A stretch of 62,321 bases of DNA, filler included, from Globobulimina sp. (lineage: Eukaryota), in assembly GCA_003354225.1 (NCBI GenBank). It is 27 parts of 27 records of this genome, joined end to end, with 100 filler letters (N's around TTAATTAATTAA, not from the genome) between each part and the next. Parts side by side here need not be neighbours in the genome. Positions count along the whole stretch, not along the records: positions 57,804 to 60,012 come from PIVH01008177.1; positions 60,113 to 62,321 come from PIVH01008178.1; 25 more parts are not named here. One strand, written 5' to 3'. Position 1 is the stretch's first letter, and the number at the start of each line of letters is the position of its first letter. The notes beneath the pieces were generated by a model that searched no databases, had not been told where the DNA came from, and saw only the letters and a program-made list of their open reading frames with translations. The position numbers were made by a program, and so were the translations under genes. Positions 58,726-62,321 of the stretch are shown in pieces.

Positions 58726-59640
58726 ATGACACAATATTTCGAAGAGATGGTAACTGGCGCCAGTGGCACAAATGTTGATTTGTCTTTTGAGGGCTTTATG
58801 TATTATGCGCTGGTCGTTGCAATTACATTATATGTAATCTCATATGGAATTGAGTTTTGTTTAAAAAGATTCAGTTCGTTGGAACCAATGGATCGATCAT
58901 TGATAAGTCGAAGAATAGCAGCAATGTCAATACATTTTGTTGTTTTATTAGTCTTATTACAAGCATTTGTTTTATTATTTTATAATAATAGATTTTTTAC
59001 GGATGATTTACCGCCAACAAATTCATATGAGTTTTGGGGCAAAAATCGTATCCCAAAAACATTTGACAGTGATTTAAAGAAATTATATTTTTATTTGACC
59101 AAAACAGATATTACATATTTGGGATATAAACAAAGCAAATTATTATTATCTGTGGCAATGACAGTGAATGGCAGTTTTAATGCCATTGATATGTTTTTAA
59201 TGTACTTTCGGGGCAAAGGCTTTTCAGCGGAATCGAGTTCATTGTTAATGTTTCATCATTGGACAATCGTATGGCTCGAATCATGCATCGTCAATTTAAA
59301 TTTGTTAAATGTCCATCCGGATTGGAATTGGATGTTTGCCATAATTGGCATTACATTAACTGTGGGATGCATTGGCGACTTATTTTTGTCGCCATCAACA
59401 ATCAAATGTTTTATTAATATTAAATCATTATTTTATAAAAAAGCGTTATGGCTTCATCTGTTATTTAACGTCATCTTATTTCGAGGCATTGGGGTTTCAT
59501 TGATCGCATTCGATTTTATCGTGGTTTTATGGCAAATGGACTGGAAATATGGTGCTTCGTTTCAAATTGCTATGATTTTTCTATGGTTACAATGGACTAA
59601 TTTGGGTAAAGCCATATTTAATAAAATATCAGATTGGTAA
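58726..59640 (+). CDS. Multi-pass membrane protein, TLC (TRAM/LAG1/CLN8)-like
   Basis: Hydrophobic helices with SIH, ID, MFHH, ILFRG and LQWTN in TLC-like order. Confidence 0.55.
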   Translation: MTQYFEEMVTGASGTNVDLSFEGFMYYALVVAITLYVISYGIEFCLKRFSSLEPMDRSLISRRIAAMSIHFVVLLVLLQAFVLLFYNNRFFTDDLPPTNSYEFWGKNRIPKTFDSDLKKLYFYLTKTDITYLGYKQSKLLLSVAMTVNGSFNAIDMFLMYFRGKGFSAESSSLLMFHHWTIVWLESCIVNLNLLNVHPDWNWMFAIIGITLTVGCIGDLFLSPSTIKCFINIKSLFYKKALWLHLLFNVILFRGIGVSLIAFDFIVVLWQMDWKYGASFQIAMIFLWLQWTNLGKAIFNKISDW

Positions 59641-59913
59641 ACGGTGCATTGCTTTGAATTGAGTGCAAGGATGCTTTTGATTTCAATTGATTTTAAATGG
59701 GTGCACTTTTTTCTTTCTTTCAATTTACAAGAAGACTAAATCGTCGATCTTCGTCAATCGTTACTCGTTAGGAATAAAAATCGTCAGTGGTTAGAATAAA
59801 AAGTATAAATCCGAGAATTTCTAATGAGTTTTGATACATAAGTATTCTATTTTTTGTATCCTCGCACTCAGTGCACAATATCCCTTTATGTGTGAGGAAA
59901 GAAAACTGTAAAA

Positions 59914-60012
59914 CCGGTTTTCAACGTCAGATTATTATTGTTTCTGAGAAACGAAGGCAAACCTATATAATTTTTGCCTTTGTCAGTCACCAGAAACGGT
60001 TTGCATCTACCT
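59914..60012. repeat. Second, truncated copy of the hairpin element at 61475-61613
   Basis: ccggttttcaacgtcagattattattgtttctgagaaacgaaggcaaacctata..cagtcaccagaa.cggtttgc matches the reverse complement of about 61515-61605. Confidence 0.85.
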
Positions 60013-60223
60013 NNNNNNNNNNNNNNNNNNNNNNNNNNNNNNNNNNNNNNNNNNNNTTAATTAATTAANNNNNNNNNNNNNNNNNNNNNNNNNNNNNNNN
60101 NNNNNNNNNNNNACACTCAAATACATTTCCAGTCAGGTCACACTATGGAGGATCGATATTTATTTGTAGACTAATGAATAATATGAGAATTAAATAAATG
60201 TATCAAATATGTTTTGCTTTTTT

Positions 60224-61482
60224 TCACTCGATCATTTGATAGAGTGGGGGCACACCGATTGCTTGAAAGGAAAACAATCCATTAGTTTTTTTCACATCCA
60301 AAGGTCCGAATGTCATAAGTGTTTTTGGAGCATTTTTTCCGAATGTCATAAATGTTAATTGATAAAATAATGTCTGTGCATAGTCGCCATTTTTGATATA
60401 TTTCTTAAAAAGTGCAATTTTTTGATTAATAGAGACAAATTTAACATCAATACTTAAAAATGCCAATAATATTGGTTCTATCATTGATTTAGTTTTTATT
60501 TTAGTCTTTTTACTCCAATCAAATGACCGATGTTCTAAATAACTGATTAAAACCATCAAATGTATTGCCATAACATTCGATTCTTTTTCATTCAACTTCA
60601 GCACAGCTGGAATACCAACATTCCATGTTGTCATATAATAAGGCCTATTATAACGACAATCATTAAAATCTAAAGAACATTTAAAAGTCTTAGCATCTGT
60701 GCTACCCACTTTACCAGGAAAAGTTCCACAGATAATCTGTAACATAAATTTCCAAAAGTTACATATATCACAAAAATTCAAAAATTCACTTTTTTGTTGC
60801 GTGTAACTTAACATCAAAACATTTTACTAAAATATCTTCAATTTGAAGGAAATTGGCAATATCCATAGCATCCATCACATTGCTAAATCTTACCCATTGC
60901 ACAGAACCTTGGTAGGGGTTAATAACTGCATCAGTTTCTTGACTAACCGCCAAAACCACACTTTCTATGGATTTGGACGAAGCAGGAACTCCCAAAATAT
61001 ATGTACCGTCATCCATTTTGTTGCAAAATTTATCTAAAGTATCGTTGAGATATAATTCACGAATAAATTCGCTCCATTTGCTCAATGCATACATATTTGT
61101 ATAATATTTTCTTTTTATTTGATCTTCATTGACCGCATGCATATGATCCAAAGAAAACGATGTTTCGCCAGTTTCAGCTGTTTTGACATTCTTTGCAGAC
61201 TTTGTTTTATATTCTATCGATGAAAACAAGCATAAGTTTCTTCCCTTTTCCTTTTGGCAACGTTGTGGTATTGAAATTGTCTGAATAGTGAATCATACAC
61301 AAATCGGAAATATGAACACACACATAATCAACCTCCGGCTTTTTTGTCATTGTTCGATTGTGATATGGTTCTGCGTCCAGTTTCAGAACATGCTTTGGCG
61401 TCCAGTTCCATTGTGATCGACATGCTTTTGAGGTTTTAGACACCACAAAACAAAAATAAATGATGAATGTCAGGAAGAGCAT
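60224..61482 (-). pseudogene. Three overlapping same-strand ORFs, probably one frameshifted gene of unknown family
   Basis: ORFs 61207-61482, 60786-61229 and 60224-60817 overlap by 23-32 nt in different frames, with no clear intron. Confidence 0.45.
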
Positions 61483-61613
61483 CCTGTCTTCAGCGTCAGA
61501 TTTTTATTTGGGTAAGGTGTAAGCAAACCGCTTCTGGTGACTGGAAAATAATATAGGTTTGCCTTCGTTTCTCAGAAACAATAAAAATCTGACGCTGAAA
61601 ACCGGATGCTCTT
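61475..61613. repeat. 139-bp imperfect hairpin element (MITE-like or small-RNA precursor)
   Basis: Arms 61475-61508 and 61580-61613 are complementary at 32/34 bp; inner GCAAACC/GGTTTGC also pairs. Confidence 0.85.
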
Positions 61614-61726
61614 TCATACAAAACCAAGAGAATGCATATAAACATAAAAACGTTAAGTATAGGTTATATCATATAACTACGAGGGGTATAACATGTATTA
61701 AACAATATAATTAGATGTTATTAACA

Positions 61727-62321
61727 TTATGCATTTGGATTTGCAATCTTGACTTCATTTGTTGTGTTGGCGATTTCTTCTAAATTCTCTCTTATTTTTT
61801 TTGCAACGATATTTTTTGATATAATAACATCTCTCCACATCCACCACTGCAATAAAAACAATACAAAGACAGCAAATACTATAAAACATATAACCGGCAG
61901 TGAATAATTTAAAATTTCAGTTAAATTTGTTAATCCGGTAAAACATACTATCGGTACAAAGCAGAACACTCTAAACAAAAAGAATAAATATACGCCAACA
62001 ACATTCCATCTATGAACAATATGCAATGCATAATTGAATTTATATAAAAGGTATGGAATAAAATGAAAACTATGGCCGAATTCAATTATATTAAAACAAT
62101 CAAAAATAACTGTGTTTTTCTGCGCAAATGCTGCTATGTATAACGCTAAATACATAAAATGATGAATCAGTACATCGGTCTTCATTTTTCTTGTATAAAA
62201 TTCTGATATATAATACGAACAGAGAAACAAACTTGGAAATAGAACCAAATAATTTGTTTCTCTTTTTTCATAATATATAATCACAATAATTAAAGATATT
62301 ATTGATATCCATATTGTATGA
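61727..62321 (-). CDS. TLC-domain membrane protein; 5' partial
   Basis: YYISE..VLIHH..IIEFGH..FFLFRVF..LQWWMW. Confidence 0.65.
   Translation of the reverse strand, partial: HTIWISIISLIIVIIYYEKRETNYLVLFPSLFLCSYYISEFYTRKMKTDVLIHHFMYLALYIAAFAQKNTVIFDCFNIIEFGHSFHFIPYLLYKFNYALHIVHRWNVVGVYLFFLFRVFCFVPIVCFTGLTNLTEILNYSLPVICFIVFAVFVLFLLQWWMWRDVIISKNIVAKKIRENLEEIANTTNEVKIANPNA

Noticed and set aside
1..62321. Multi-gene system built from neighbouring genes (e.g. Hv1 + SLC12 + PCS + lectin as a calcification cluster); also rRNA, tRNA or CRISPR loci
   Set aside because: The genes sit on separate contigs ordered only by length, so co-location is meaningless. No rRNA, tRNA or CRISPR signature was recognised by eye.

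Overview
This window is not one locus. It is 27 unrelated short contigs, sorted by length (2214 down to 2209 bp) and joined by an artificial 100-bp spacer (N44-TTAATTAATTAA-N44), so adjacency across spacers means nothing. The DNA is AT-rich eukaryotic genomic sequence with the standard genetic code and short GT-AG introns (39-83 nt where I could place them). I infer a foraminiferan/Reticulomyxa-like rhizarian from the ARF insertion and the recurrent lineage-type motifs; this is not proven. Recognisable genes: a divergent ARF, a SAM methyltransferase, a DUF1399/GRDP protein, a C-type lectin, an SLC12 cotransporter, importin-alpha, a VIT-vWA protein, a Ser/Thr kinase, CDT1, ADA2, phytochelatin synthase, a divergent actin, 7TM proteins, a RING-less NOT4-like protein, a DUSP, an SDR, an EamA transporter, an F-box protein, an Hv1 proton channel, and TLDc and TLC proteins. 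Mobile DNA: a Helentron/Helitron-type left end with an unusual N-terminal HhH-like repeat, an endonuclease-less Penelope-like RT, a complete non-autonomous hAT-type element with an 8-bp TSD, a Ty3/Gypsy integrase with a PPT-LTR-PBS junction, a long-TIR foldback, and two families of long imperfect hairpins. The best leads are an in-frame tandem surface-protein 'polyprotein', the Q71R ARF fusion, Hv1, the hairpin families and very tight head-to-head gene pairs. Several contigs may be amplification or assembly chimeras.
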